NCBI GenBank assembly: GCA_047637555.1
Contig: JBLIKX010000001.1
Coordinates: 8,294 to 72,293, forward strand
Source of the DNA: Crocinitomicaceae bacterium
GTDB taxonomy: Bacteria > Patescibacteriota > Minisyncoccia > Phycocordibacterales > UBA1006
Length of the DNA: 64,000 bases
Direction: 5' to 3'
Below the pieces are notes generated by a model. It was not told the DNA's origin and made no database searches. It saw only the letters and a list, made by a program, of their open reading frames with translations. How positions within the stretch are numbered: position 1 is the stretch's first letter; each line of letters starts with the position of its first letter. Made by a program: the position numbers and the translations under genes. Of the stretch, positions 10,271 to 19,410 are shown piece by piece.

Positions 10271-10891
10271 ATGACACAATATATATTACCTAAAAAAGTT
10301 ATTACTAATATATTCATCAAGAATGTATACAAAACACTTATTATTATCTATTCGTTCTACCTCACCTTTTCACCACAGGTTTTTGCCTTAAGCGCTGACG
10401 CACCTCTTGGTGGAGAGTCATTTTCACAAATCGTGTTTAATGATACTGCTGCCCTAGAACGACAATCACAAAAACTTCAAGATCAATTAGATACTGAGCG
10501 TATCGAAAAAATACGAAAGTATTATGCACGATACGACTTACCATTACAGTATGAAGCAGAACATTTTGTTACGGCTGCTAATGAGTATGGTATTGATTGG
10601 CGTCTTGTTGCTGCTATTGGATTTATTGAATCTACCGGTGGTAAATTTGCCTGTTCAACAGCGGATTACTCTGCTTTTGGTTGGGGGTCATGTAAAATTG
10701 ACTTTGAATCTTATGCAGATTCAATCGATGTGATCTCACTAAATCTGGGTGGACATAATCCAAATACCGATCAATGGTATGCTGGAAAAGATGTCAAAGG
10801 AATTCTGAATATGTATAATCCAAATCATATTCGAGCAAATTATGATGGAATGGTTATGAAACAAATGGAAATGATTTCATCAACAATCTAA
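10271..10891 (+). CDS. secreted or anchored protein with a possible lysozyme-like/transglycosylase domain
   Basis: N-terminal TM/signal segment. 'AIGFIESTGGKFACSTADYSAFGWG' resembles the E-S...A-x-S...G SLT pattern, but this is weak. Confidence 0.3.
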   Translation: MTQYILPKKVITNIFIKNVYKTLIIIYSFYLTFSPQVFALSADAPLGGESFSQIVFNDTAALERQSQKLQDQLDTERIEKIRKYYARYDLPLQYEAEHFVTAANEYGIDWRLVAAIGFIESTGGKFACSTADYSAFGWGSCKIDFESYADSIDVISLNLGGHNPNTDQWYAGKDVKGILNMYNPNHIRANYDGMVMKQMEMISSTI

Positions 10892-10904
10892 ATATTTTGT
10901 AAAT

Positions 10905-10936
10905 AAAAAAACCAAGATAATTACCTTGGTTTTTTA
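10905..10936. terminator. bidirectional rho-independent terminator
   Basis: ACCAAG-loop-CTTGGT hairpin between an A-run and a T-run, between convergent genes. Confidence 0.55.
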
Positions 10937-10975
10937 TATATTATTTTAGGGTTAAGGGGACATAGAATCTACAGA

Positions 10976-11464
10976 TCATAAACAAGAATCTAATTTTTCC
11001 ATAGCTATTGCCAAAACATAATCAGAGGGTTCTGAACCAACGATATCTTCGTAAATCTCTGTACTTCCAGCACAGCGAACCAGAATATTAACATTCTGCA
11101 TTGCCGCATCATTGAATGATTTTTTTTGAGATAGATCATTTAGCATTTCTGGAAAATTTTCCGATATTATATCCTTAATCTTCCTTGGGACATTGGGATT
11201 AATTGTATCTTCTATAATACTAAATTCACGTTTAATAACATTTCCGTCTTTATAATCCTCATCCTTAAATTGGATATCAAAGTAGGTTTTGTGCTTTTTA
11301 TTAAACTCTAACTCTTTGTCTTTATAGTTTTGAATATCTTGATTTGAGAGGAAATAAGCATTATCTAAATCAAGTTCTTTTATAAAAGACTGCTTAAATG
11401 TTTTTGATATATTTTCCATTTTCTTAGTTTTTACTATTATAAATAATAATAAATATTTAGTCAA
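10976..11464 (-). CDS. hypothetical protein
   Basis: ORF only. Likely starts at the internal Met (MENISK). Confidence 0.35.
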   Translation of the reverse strand: MTKYLLLFIIVKTKKMENISKTFKQSFIKELDLDNAYFLSNQDIQNYKDKELEFNKKHKTYFDIQFKDEDYKDGNVIKREFSIIEDTINPNVPRKIKDIISENFPEMLNDLSQKKSFNDAAMQNVNILVRCAGSTEIYEDIVGSEPSDYVLAIAMEKLDSCL

Positions 11465-12241
11465 ATGATATGCCTATGGTATTCTAGGCAAAGTATGAAT
11501 AAACCAAAGGCAAAAAACTACTTTGAACCAGATATTCTTTTGGTGCATAAACCAGTTGGAATAAGTTCTTTTGATGTGATTCGTCGCTTACGTGTAATTT
11601 TAGGTATTCGAAAAATTGGACATGCGGGAACACTCGACCCATTGGCACATGGCTTGATGATTGTTGGTATTGGAACGGGTACCAAAAAATTAACTGATTA
11701 TTTAAAACAAGACAAGACATATATTGCAGAGATTCTTGTGGGTAAATCAACTACAACAGGAGATTTAGAAGGTGAAATCGTTAAGGAAGTTTATGTTGAA
11801 AAGACTGATATGAATTCGTCTAATATTGAGATGGAGTTAATACACATGAAAGGCTCTCACACGCTCCAGGTACCCCTATATTCAGCCATTAAGGTTCAAG
11901 GTAAGGCTTTGTATGCTTATGCTAGAGCAGGTCAAAAACCACCCTATATTCCAGAAAAAGAAATGAACATCAAGAGTATTCAATATATGGACGATTACCG
12001 TTCTGGTAAATATCATATTATCCAGGTGCGCTTAAATGTTAGCTCGGGCTCATATATTAGAACTCTTGGTGAAGAATTCGGTCGTAGAGTTGGTTACCCT
12101 GCAACATTAAAGGGTTTGTATCGTATATCTATTGGAGAACATTTAGATAAAAACGCTTATCATTTTCCTTCTAGGAAAAAGCCCTACCACGGAATTGTTC
12201 GTGCTATAATTGAATTGTTATTCGGTAAAAAATCAAAATAA
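11465..12241 (+). CDS. truB: tRNA pseudouridine(55) synthase
   Basis: 'GHAGTLDPLAHGLMIVGIG' catalytic-Asp motif. Likely start at MNKPK (about 11495). Confidence 0.85.
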   Translation: MICLWYSRQSMNKPKAKNYFEPDILLVHKPVGISSFDVIRRLRVILGIRKIGHAGTLDPLAHGLMIVGIGTGTKKLTDYLKQDKTYIAEILVGKSTTTGDLEGEIVKEVYVEKTDMNSSNIEMELIHMKGSHTLQVPLYSAIKVQGKALYAYARAGQKPPYIPEKEMNIKSIQYMDDYRSGKYHIIQVRLNVSSGSYIRTLGEEFGRRVGYPATLKGLYRISIGEHLDKNAYHFPSRKKPYHGIVRAIIELLFGKKSK

Positions 12242-12245
12242 AAGT

Positions 12246-12599
12246 ATGAATATTTATTTTCAAACAACAAACATTAAAGTTACTCAAGATGAGAAAAATT
12301 TTATGGCCAATCGTATGTATGTTTTGAATAAATTCTTTTCATGGGATACCAGTACTTATATTGAGATTGAACGTACACGAAAAAGTTATAATGGACATGA
12401 TCTTTATTACGTTTCAATTAAAATCGATGATCCTGAGTATCAATATTTTGCAGAGGAATATCGTGAAAATGTACGCAGTGCGTTTGATCATGCGTATGGA
12501 GATGCATTTAGACTGGTTCGTTCTCACCGAAGTAAATCACGAAATCTAGTAAGGCGAGCTGGGTTAAAAATTAAACGATTATTTAAACGACAAATATAG
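12246..12599 (+). CDS. hpf: ribosome hibernation-promoting factor / RaiA family
   Basis: 'MNIYFQTTNIKVTQDEKNFMANRM' N-terminus and overall beta-alpha-beta-beta-beta-alpha length match HPF/YfiA. The track ORF starts upstream at 12210. Confidence 0.55.
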   Translation: MNIYFQTTNIKVTQDEKNFMANRMYVLNKFFSWDTSTYIEIERTRKSYNGHDLYYVSIKIDDPEYQYFAEEYRENVRSAFDHAYGDAFRLVRSHRSKSRNLVRRAGLKIKRLFKRQI

Positions 12600-12601
12600 A
12601 C

Positions 12602-13324
12602 ATGAAAAAAAATATTAAAATTATATTGGGTGTTATTATACTGACTACGATTGTTTTTATTGCATACAAGTTCACACCCGGGCAAATTGAAACTGATATC
12701 GACATGCTTGTTGACGTTCCTAGTCAATCAGCTACTCTAAATACATTAGCCGATAATACTGGCGCTCCGACATCAGAAACAAATGAAAGTAATTCTGATC
12801 AATCGAAAGAAGCATCAGAAGAAAACCAAGAAAATACTATGAAAGCAACATTTAACACAAGCAAGGGATCATTTGAAATTGAATTATTTAATGACTTAGC
12901 CCCAAAAACAGTAGAAAATTTTGTGAAACTGGCAGAATCAAATTTCTATGATGAGGTAAAGTTCCACCGAGTTATCAAGAATTTTATGATTCAAGCTGGA
13001 GACCCATTGTCAAAAGATGATGATATGTCAGATCGATGGGGAACAGGTGGTCCGGGGTATAGTTTTGAGGATGAAATTCACGGAGAGAACTTCAATATCC
13101 GAGGAACAATATCAATGGCAAATGCTGGTCCAGACACGAATGGATCACAGTTCTTTATTAATACAAACCCAGATGATAATAGTTTCCTTGACGGTAAACA
13201 TACCGTTTTTGGAAAAATAATTTCAGGAATGGACGTTGTAGATTCTATCGAGAATGTAGAAAAATTCCCCAATGACCGTCCTGTTGAGGCAGTGATTATT
13301 ACTTCAATAACTATCAACAAATAA
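12602..13324 (+). CDS. ppiB: membrane-anchored cyclophilin-type peptidyl-prolyl isomerase
   Basis: 'FHRVIKNFMIQAGD', 'GTISMANAGPDTNGSQFFIN' cyclophilin motifs after an N-terminal TM and an acidic linker. Confidence 0.85.
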   Translation: MKKNIKIILGVIILTTIVFIAYKFTPGQIETDIDMLVDVPSQSATLNTLADNTGAPTSETNESNSDQSKEASEENQENTMKATFNTSKGSFEIELFNDLAPKTVENFVKLAESNFYDEVKFHRVIKNFMIQAGDPLSKDDDMSDRWGTGGPGYSFEDEIHGENFNIRGTISMANAGPDTNGSQFFINTNPDDNSFLDGKHTVFGKIISGMDVVDSIENVEKFPNDRPVEAVIITSITINK

Positions 13325-13470
13325 TATGGAAACAAAAGATTTTAGTGGAGGTGATTTCAAGGATTTAGAAAACGAGACTTCAAAAACAGCAGAAGATATT
13401 GCTAGAGAATTGCAAAATGAAATTGAAGCTCTTGGTACAAAAAACCCTAACGAAGATAATTCAGTAGAAT

Positions 13471-13495
13471 AAAAAACGCGATAGCGTTTTTTATT
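13471..13495. terminator. bidirectional rho-independent terminator
   Basis: AACGC-GATA-GCGTT hairpin plus a T-run. The minus-strand gene ends at 13500. Confidence 0.5.
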
Positions 13496-13499
13496 ATTT

Positions 13500-13967
13500 T
13501 TACCCTTTCTTTTTCACAAACTCTGTTTTAATTGCTAGGGTAGATTTACCTATTCGACAATCAATATATGCTGGATCTCCTGTTAATTTAATTTTTTCTA
13601 GTGCGGTACCTTGTTTAAGATTCAGAGAAGAACCTTTTACATCAAGGTCACGCGTAAGGAGAACAGTATCACCATCATCAAGGATTTTTCCATTACTACA
13701 TTTTGTAATACCTTCTTCTCCTGGAGGATTACTCATGAGGTTTTCTAATTCTTGTTTTGTTGGGTTGCTGTAGTTTTCATCGTAAATAACGAGTGTTGGC
13801 GTAATACGTTTTCCATTATTAATTTCCATTACTTTTTGGGTGTATTCTTGTCCATGATCCTTATCATCAATTGCATATAAAGTGTAGGAGAAATCTCTTT
13901 CTTTTAATTGTGCAATTACTCGGTTGGTATCCTTACACCACTCTGCTCCATAGATTTCAATATTCAT
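13500..13967 (-). CDS. glutaredoxin/NrdH-like protein (monothiol 'CKDT') with a roughly 70-aa C-terminal extension
   Basis: 'IYGAEWCKDTNRV' thioredoxin-fold start and 'TPTLVI' cis-Pro region. The C-terminal beta-rich domain is unassigned. Confidence 0.5.
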   Translation of the reverse strand: MNIEIYGAEWCKDTNRVIAQLKERDFSYTLYAIDDKDHGQEYTQKVMEINNGKRITPTLVIYDENYSNPTKQELENLMSNPPGEEGITKCSNGKILDDGDTVLLTRDLDVKGSSLNLKQGTALEKIKLTGDPAYIDCRIGKSTLAIKTEFVKKKG

Positions 13968-14027
13968 AATTTTAGTATATCCAATTGCCCATAAAAAAAC
14001 ACTCGATAATGAGTATTTTTTTATGTG

Positions 14028-14330
14028 CTATTGGCAATCTGTATTACAAACACCAGTAATATTGTTAATGGTTACTTCTTTGTTAAGGTTTAAAAGAGTA
14101 CTCAATTCTTTGACGCTAGGGTTGGTAAATTGTTCATCATCAATAATAAATGTTGGTATGCTACGTTTACCATTATTGAGATCTATAACAATCTGAGAAT
14201 ATTCTTTTCCCATTTTTTCATCTTCAATATCAAGATAGGTATACTCCGTGTTGTTTTCCGCTAATATTTTTTTAGATCGAACACAGTCTCCACACCAATC
14301 TGCACCATACATAATAATTTCTTTGTTCAT
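14028..14330 (-). CDS. glutaredoxin/NrdH-like redoxin (CGDC)
   Basis: 'MYGADWCGDCVRSKKIL' and 'IPTFII' thioredoxin-fold motifs. Paralog of the adjacent gene. Confidence 0.6.
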   Translation of the reverse strand: MNKEIIMYGADWCGDCVRSKKILAENNTEYTYLDIEDEKMGKEYSQIVIDLNNGKRSIPTFIIDDEQFTNPSVKELSTLLNLNKEVTINNITGVCNTDCQ

Positions 14331-14355
14331 ACTTTTATCATAGCAAAATATTTAA

Positions 14356-14913
14356 CTAGCGCGAAGATTTTTTCATGTACTTTTTGTTGTAGATGGGTTG
14401 CCTATCAAATAATTGAATATGATTATGGTGATAAAATCGTTCATATCCAACCATTGTAGATATCAAGAAAAATACACTTGATAGTATTCCTACTGGCGTG
14501 AATACTACAATGTTATGAATAACCCATAATATCATCGCAATAATCAAATAGATTCGCATGTTACGATCTCTATCGCTAAAGGCGGCAAGGGTTCCCATAA
14601 CTCCAGCAATCACAGGTAAGGCGCTAATAATACCAGCATGATTAAACCAACCGGCAATAATAATAATTACAATGAAAAATATTTTAACCCATTTTTTATG
14701 AGTAAATATACTTGTTAACCAACGACTTCCTGTAACAAAAGTTATAACACCTGCCTGAGGTATTCCAAGTAAGAGAAAATGAGTACCTCGAAACAACGAT
14801 GATATAAAAAACATAACTCGCATAACGACAGGATTTTTAATTTGTGCTGAGGTTACGGAAATTCCCAGAGCAATACCAGCAAAGATTTGTGACCAAATAA
14901 ATAGTGTTAACAT
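14356..14913 (-). CDS. multi-pass inner-membrane protein (YgjV-like?)
   Basis: Five to six hydrophobic helices; family assignment is tentative. Confidence 0.35.
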   Translation of the reverse strand: MLTLFIWSQIFAGIALGISVTSAQIKNPVVMRVMFFISSLFRGTHFLLLGIPQAGVITFVTGSRWLTSIFTHKKWVKIFFIVIIIIAGWFNHAGIISALPVIAGVMGTLAAFSDRDRNMRIYLIIAMILWVIHNIVVFTPVGILSSVFFLISTMVGYERFYHHNHIQLFDRQPIYNKKYMKKSSR

Positions 14914-14914
14914 A

Positions 14915-15745
14915 TTATTTTCGGTTTAAGTAATCTTGATAATCCATTTCATTTTTTCCTTCTGGAATAATACGCTTAATGGTGAAGGAATTATTGGAAT
15001 ATTCAGCGTCAGTAATTTTCAAACGAACTTTGTTATCAAAAATAAAAGTACCAGGCCATCCATAATAGGCCCTATATTTTCGATCACGAGTGTGATTATT
15101 ATCATGGGTAATATCTCCATCTGCTTTTACAATTTTTCCACAGTATGTTGCTAGGGAATGGTCTTGTTCTATTGGTGTACAATTTCCTAAAATATATTCA
15201 GGTAAAATTTCCGCAAGAACTTTTCCTCCATCATGAGCTAGCATATGAAATAAATCAGGTTTTAAAAGATCTGACTCTAAAGGGAATTGTGACTGAGTAA
15301 TGATAGGACCTTCGTCCATTTTCAAAGTCATTTGCATGATCGTCGAACCAGTTTCATCATCACCATTAAGGATTGCTGACTCGATAGGTGAGGCACCACG
15401 ATATTTAGGGAGTAGTGATGTATGCACATTGAGCACTCCAAGCCTTGGGATGTTGAGTAGTTTTTGAGAAACAATATATCCATACGAGGCAACAATATAT
15501 AAATCATCATCCCTTTTTTCTAATTGTTCTATAATATATTTTGGTTTCTCTGGTTGCCAACATTCAATTCCGTGCTCGTCAGCCCATACCTTAACAGGTG
15601 GGGCTGTCATAATATGTTTCCGTCCAACAGATCGGTCGGGTGCTGTGATTATCAATGAAGGCATATAACCCACACTTTTTAATTCCTCGAGAACTATTAC
15701 TGAAAATTCAGGTGTTCCAAAATAAACAAATTGAGTATCTTTCAT
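14915..15745 (-). CDS. fmt: methionyl-tRNA formyltransferase
   Basis: 'VYFGTPEFSV' N-terminus and 'HTSLLPKYRGASPI' formyltransferase motif. Confidence 0.85.
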   Translation of the reverse strand: MKDTQFVYFGTPEFSVIVLEELKSVGYMPSLIITAPDRSVGRKHIMTAPPVKVWADEHGIECWQPEKPKYIIEQLEKRDDDLYIVASYGYIVSQKLLNIPRLGVLNVHTSLLPKYRGASPIESAILNGDDETGSTIMQMTLKMDEGPIITQSQFPLESDLLKPDLFHMLAHDGGKVLAEILPEYILGNCTPIEQDHSLATYCGKIVKADGDITHDNNHTRDRKYRAYYGWPGTFIFDNKVRLKITDAEYSNNSFTIKRIIPEGKNEMDYQDYLNRK

Positions 15746-15762
15746 GTGTACAGTATAGGTAA

Positions 15763-16213
15763 AAAAATAATTTCGTCATCTTACAAAAAACTGATATAAA
15801 AAATAAAGGATTTACCTTAATTAAACTACTCATTATTATTGTAATTATAGGTGTATTGGCAACTATCATAATTGGTTCGTCTGGTGATGTTTGTAATGAA
15901 GCTCTTGATTCAAAGGCAAAGACAAGACCCTCACAGACCCAAATTCAGGCTGAGCTATAATCATTTGATACAGGTTCCTATACAGAGCTTTATGATACAG
16001 ATACTCTTAGCTTTATGGTATTTCAAACTTTAGATAATGTTTGGGGCACACAAGATATTTCAAATACTAATGTCAGTGCAGGCGAGGACAATTTATAGTT
16101 CTCTGTATCACGAAGCCCTTCTAGTAAATAATACTACAGCAACACAGGAGTCAGCATTGCTTGCTGGACATGCTCATCCTGTTAACAACGATGATAAAAA
16201 TTGTAATTAAAAA
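15763..16213 (+). pseudogene. decayed type IV pilin-like gene (no start codon, multiple in-frame stops)
   Basis: Frame 1 reads '..KGFTLIKLLIIIVIIGVLATIIIG...ALDSKAKTRPSQTQIQAEL*SFDTGSYTELYDT..', the class-III prepilin N-terminus plus the conserved 'RD.KR..D..QIQ.ALE.Y..D.G.YP' region. It is interrupted by TAA at 15958, TAG at 16096, and further stops, and there is no ATG/GTG/TTG upstream before a TAA at 15760. Confidence 0.55.
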
Positions 16214-16228
16214 CACCTCTAGGTGTTT

Positions 16229-16747
16229 TTAATTTTCATTCAAGACATCATCAATCTCATCTTGGGTCATATCTCGTAATTTACGTGCCTTGTCTACAAA
16301 TAATATTCCATGTAAATGATCTGTTTCATGTTGAAAAATATGAGCTAATAGTTCGTCTGCCGATTCGGTAAATTTATTTCCATATTCATCATAGGCCTCA
16401 ATAGTAGCTTCTTTAGACCGTTCTACATCACCAACTTTCCAACGACAGGATAGACATCCTTCGCGCATCCACTTTTTTTTCTCAGATGTTTCAATGATTA
16501 CAGGGTTAATATATACCAAATGTTCTCCTTGTGGCTCTTCAAATATAAAAGGGGCAACGGTGAAAATTTGATATGATTCACCAATTTGTGGAGCCGCAAT
16601 AGCCACGCCGTCACTCTGAGTGGTGAGTGATTCATGTAAATCTGAAATAATAGATTGAATTTTTTCTGAGGTAATTTTTGTTGGATCGACATACTCAGCT
16701 TTTTGCCGAAGGACCTTTTTCCCCATCTGAATAATATCTCGTTTCAT
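16229..16747 (-). CDS. def: peptide deformylase
   Basis: 'GVAIAAPQIG', 'EGCLSC', 'HETDHLHG' PDF motifs. Start taken at MKRDIIQMGKK; the track ORF extends to 16783, into the repeat. Confidence 0.85.
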   Translation of the reverse strand: MKRDIIQMGKKVLRQKAEYVDPTKITSEKIQSIISDLHESLTTQSDGVAIAAPQIGESYQIFTVAPFIFEEPQGEHLVYINPVIIETSEKKKWMREGCLSCRWKVGDVERSKEATIEAYDEYGNKFTESADELLAHIFQHETDHLHGILFVDKARKLRDMTQDEIDDVLNEN

Positions 16748-16767
16748 ATCTCTTAGAGTAAAATTAA

Positions 16768-16946
16768 ATGAAGAAAAGAGCAATAGCGACTATTATGAAT
16801 TTATGCTGTGCGAAATGAAGAAAAGAGCAATAGCGACTATTATGAATTTATGCTGTGCGAAATGAAGAAAAGAGCAATAGCGACTATTATGAATTTATGC
16901 TGTGCGAAATGAAGAAAAGAGCAATAGCGACTATTATGAATTTATG
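16768..16946. repeat. 47-bp tandem repeat, 3 perfect plus 1 partial copies
   Basis: The unit 'atgaagaaaagagcaatagcgactattatgaatttatgctgtgcgaa' starts at 16768, 16815, 16862 and 16909. On the plus strand each unit is an ORF 'MKKRAIATIMNLCCAK' whose TGA overlaps the next ATG (ATGA). Confidence 0.9.
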
Positions 16947-16973
16947 CAAAATAAAAAACACTTTAAGCTAGGT

Positions 16974-18269
16974 TTAAAGTGTTTTTAGATAATCAGAAAG
17001 TTCAGAGATCTTAATAATTTTTTGTTTCCGTGTGCTCATGTCACGAACAATTACGGTTCCATCCATCGCTTCTTTCTGACCAAAAATTAATGTATACGGA
17101 ATACCTAATGTCTCTGCGGTTCCTAATTGTGCCCCAAGAGTATTCTTTGATAAAGAATGCTTGATTGGATAGTGCTTTTTACGCATTATTTCAATAATAT
17201 CAAAAGCTTTGGCTTTGGCTTCATATCCTAGTTGAATAAAGAAGAATTTTGCTTTTTTCCTTATTTTGGGATTATAGGTTCCTTCTTTTGAAATTTCAAG
17301 AATACGGTCTACTCCAAGTCCAAGCCCTACAGCAGGCACATCTTTGTTGTGTCCCATTGATTTTGCCAGTCCATCATATCGTCCGCCTCCCCCTAGTGCA
17401 ATTGATTGATTGCCATCTTTATCTAATGTGACATATTCAAACACAGTGTGCGTGTAGTAATCTAACCCACGAACCAGAGCATGGTCTATTTCATAGGGAA
17501 TACCTGCAGCCTCTAGGTATTCAAGTACTGACTTAAAATGTTTTTTACTGACGATATTTAAATTATCAATAATAGTTGGAGCTTGCTCGTTAATTTTTTT
17601 AGTATCAGGCTCTTTTGAGTCAAGAACACGGAGTGGATTTGTGTCGAGTCGAGCGAGGTCTTTTTCACTGAGGTATTTTTTATTTTTTCTATAAAAAGCC
17701 TTAAGTATTTTAAGATATTCTTTACGAACCTCAGGATCACCCAAGGTATTTATTTTTACAATAATCTCAGCACCAGATTCTTTTATTATTTGATATCCTG
17801 TTTGTATGGTTATGGCATCTAGTACGGCTCTCTCTGAACCAATGATTTCAAGTCCAAACTGATAAAACTGTCGGTAACGCCCTTTTTGAGGTCTTTCATG
17901 TCTAAAGAATGGACCACCATAGTATAAAAATACTGGTTGTGGTTGGTTACCCATTCCATGTTCAATGTATGATCGCATAATACCTGCTGTGCCTTCTGGT
18001 CGCATTACAAGTTTACTTCCACCTTTAGTTTTCAAGCTATACATTTCTTTCTCTACTATGTCGGTATTATCTCCAACACCTTTAACAAAAATTTCTTCAT
18101 GCTCCAGGATTGGCAGTTCAGTCCCAGAAAATCCATAGTATTCAGCAATCTCTTGTGCTTTTTCATAAAAACCTTGTTTTTGATAGAAGGTATCACCTGA
18201 AAGATCTCGCATACCTTTTGGTGCTTGAAGAAGATCTTTTTTGTTTTTTGTTTTTTTGTTTGGAGTCAT
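16974..18269 (-). CDS. hisS: histidyl-tRNA synthetase
   Basis: 'PKGMRD', 'GGGRYDGL' class II HisRS motifs, plus a C-terminal anticodon-binding domain. Confidence 0.85.
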   Translation of the reverse strand: MTPNKKTKNKKDLLQAPKGMRDLSGDTFYQKQGFYEKAQEIAEYYGFSGTELPILEHEEIFVKGVGDNTDIVEKEMYSLKTKGGSKLVMRPEGTAGIMRSYIEHGMGNQPQPVFLYYGGPFFRHERPQKGRYRQFYQFGLEIIGSERAVLDAITIQTGYQIIKESGAEIIVKINTLGDPEVRKEYLKILKAFYRKNKKYLSEKDLARLDTNPLRVLDSKEPDTKKINEQAPTIIDNLNIVSKKHFKSVLEYLEAAGIPYEIDHALVRGLDYYTHTVFEYVTLDKDGNQSIALGGGGRYDGLAKSMGHNKDVPAVGLGLGVDRILEISKEGTYNPKIRKKAKFFFIQLGYEAKAKAFDIIEIMRKKHYPIKHSLSKNTLGAQLGTAETLGIPYTLIFGQKEAMDGTVIVRDMSTRKQKIIKISELSDYLKTL

Positions 18270-18323
18270 TGTTTTTTAATACTTAAGCGAGTAGAGGTTT
18301 TGAAATTTCTAATGGAAAAATAG

Positions 18324-18908
18324 CTATAGCTTAATTTCTAATTCTGAAGGTTTAACTTCCCCTGTTCTATAACTTATTTCAGTCAAGGGAAAGAGTCGTA
18401 AAAACGTTTTCCCGACAATTAAGTTTCTATCTAATACACCCCATGATCGTGAATCTGAGCTTTTTTGACGATTATCTCCTAGTACAAAATATTCATCCTT
18501 TTCAAGTTCCCAACTACCATAACTTGAAAAATCCCCATTAAGATAGTTCTCTTTTAGTTGGATTACACTATCATCAGCTTGGGTTATTGTTATTTTACTA
18601 CCATTAATGGCTATATTTTCTCCTGGCAAACCAATTACTCGTTTTATAAGAAATCGTGTATGTTCGGTTGGATAGCGAAACACCACAACATCACCCCGCT
18701 CAGGTTCTGTTGTTCTATAGGAAATTTCATCAATAATGAGATAGTCTCCATTTTCTAAGGTAGGGAACATCGACTCACCATTTACAATAAATGGTTGAGC
18801 AATAAATACGCGGATAGGAATGACCACCGCAAGGACAATAAGAATAAATCTAATGAGCTCTAATATTTCGGATTTAAGTGATTTTTTAGGAGTAGATTCT
18901 GAATTCAT
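18324..18908 (-). CDS. lepB: signal peptidase I
   Basis: 'GESMFPTL' (Ser), 'KRVIGLPGE' (Lys), 'GDNRQKSSDSRSWG' boxes. Confidence 0.85.
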   Translation of the reverse strand: MNSESTPKKSLKSEILELIRFILIVLAVVIPIRVFIAQPFIVNGESMFPTLENGDYLIIDEISYRTTEPERGDVVVFRYPTEHTRFLIKRVIGLPGENIAINGSKITITQADDSVIQLKENYLNGDFSSYGSWELEKDEYFVLGDNRQKSSDSRSWGVLDRNLIVGKTFLRLFPLTEISYRTGEVKPSELEIKL

Positions 18909-18924
18909 GATACAATTCTAGCAT

Positions 18925-19410
18925 ATGAGTATGTTTCTCCAAAGGTATTCTGTTTCACAGAAAATTGTTAAACCTCTTATAGCACTTGTAATTATAGCAT
19001 TTGTTATTATTTTTTTTCAGTATTTATCCATAAAGAATAATCAATTTGTTAATCGTAATGATTTATTGGTAATGATAGGTGGCGAGGTACTTGAAACTCA
19101 GATATCAGACCGTCCCGATGAAAGGCGTGTTGGCTTATCAAACCATACATCACTAGGAAAAAATGAAGCAATGCTTTTTGTTTTTGATACACCTGGACCT
19201 CATTCCTTTTGGATGAAAAATATGGATTTTCCAATTGACATTATTTGGTTAGATTCTAACAAAGAGATTATATATATAGAGGAAGATGTCAGCCCAGAGA
19301 CTTATCCAAAAAGTTTCTTTCCAAATAAGAATGCCACATATGTCCTTGAGGTTGTTTCAGGATTTAGCAAAAAAAATAATATACAAATTGGAAATAAATT
19401 ATCATGGTAA
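18925..19410 (+). CDS. DUF192 (COG1430) domain protein with N-terminal membrane anchor
   Basis: 'MLFVFD...FWMKNMDFPIDIIWLD' is the DUF192 core. Confidence 0.6.
   Translation: MSMFLQRYSVSQKIVKPLIALVIIAFVIIFFQYLSIKNNQFVNRNDLLVMIGGEVLETQISDRPDERRVGLSNHTSLGKNEAMLFVFDTPGPHSFWMKNMDFPIDIIWLDSNKEIIYIEEDVSPETYPKSFFPNKNATYVLEVVSGFSKKNNIQIGNKLSW

Noticed and set aside
16768-16946. Considered whether the tandem repeat is a CRISPR array.
   Set aside because: The copies are directly contiguous with no spacers. The unit is 47 bp with no cas genes nearby, so this is a minisatellite, not a CRISPR.
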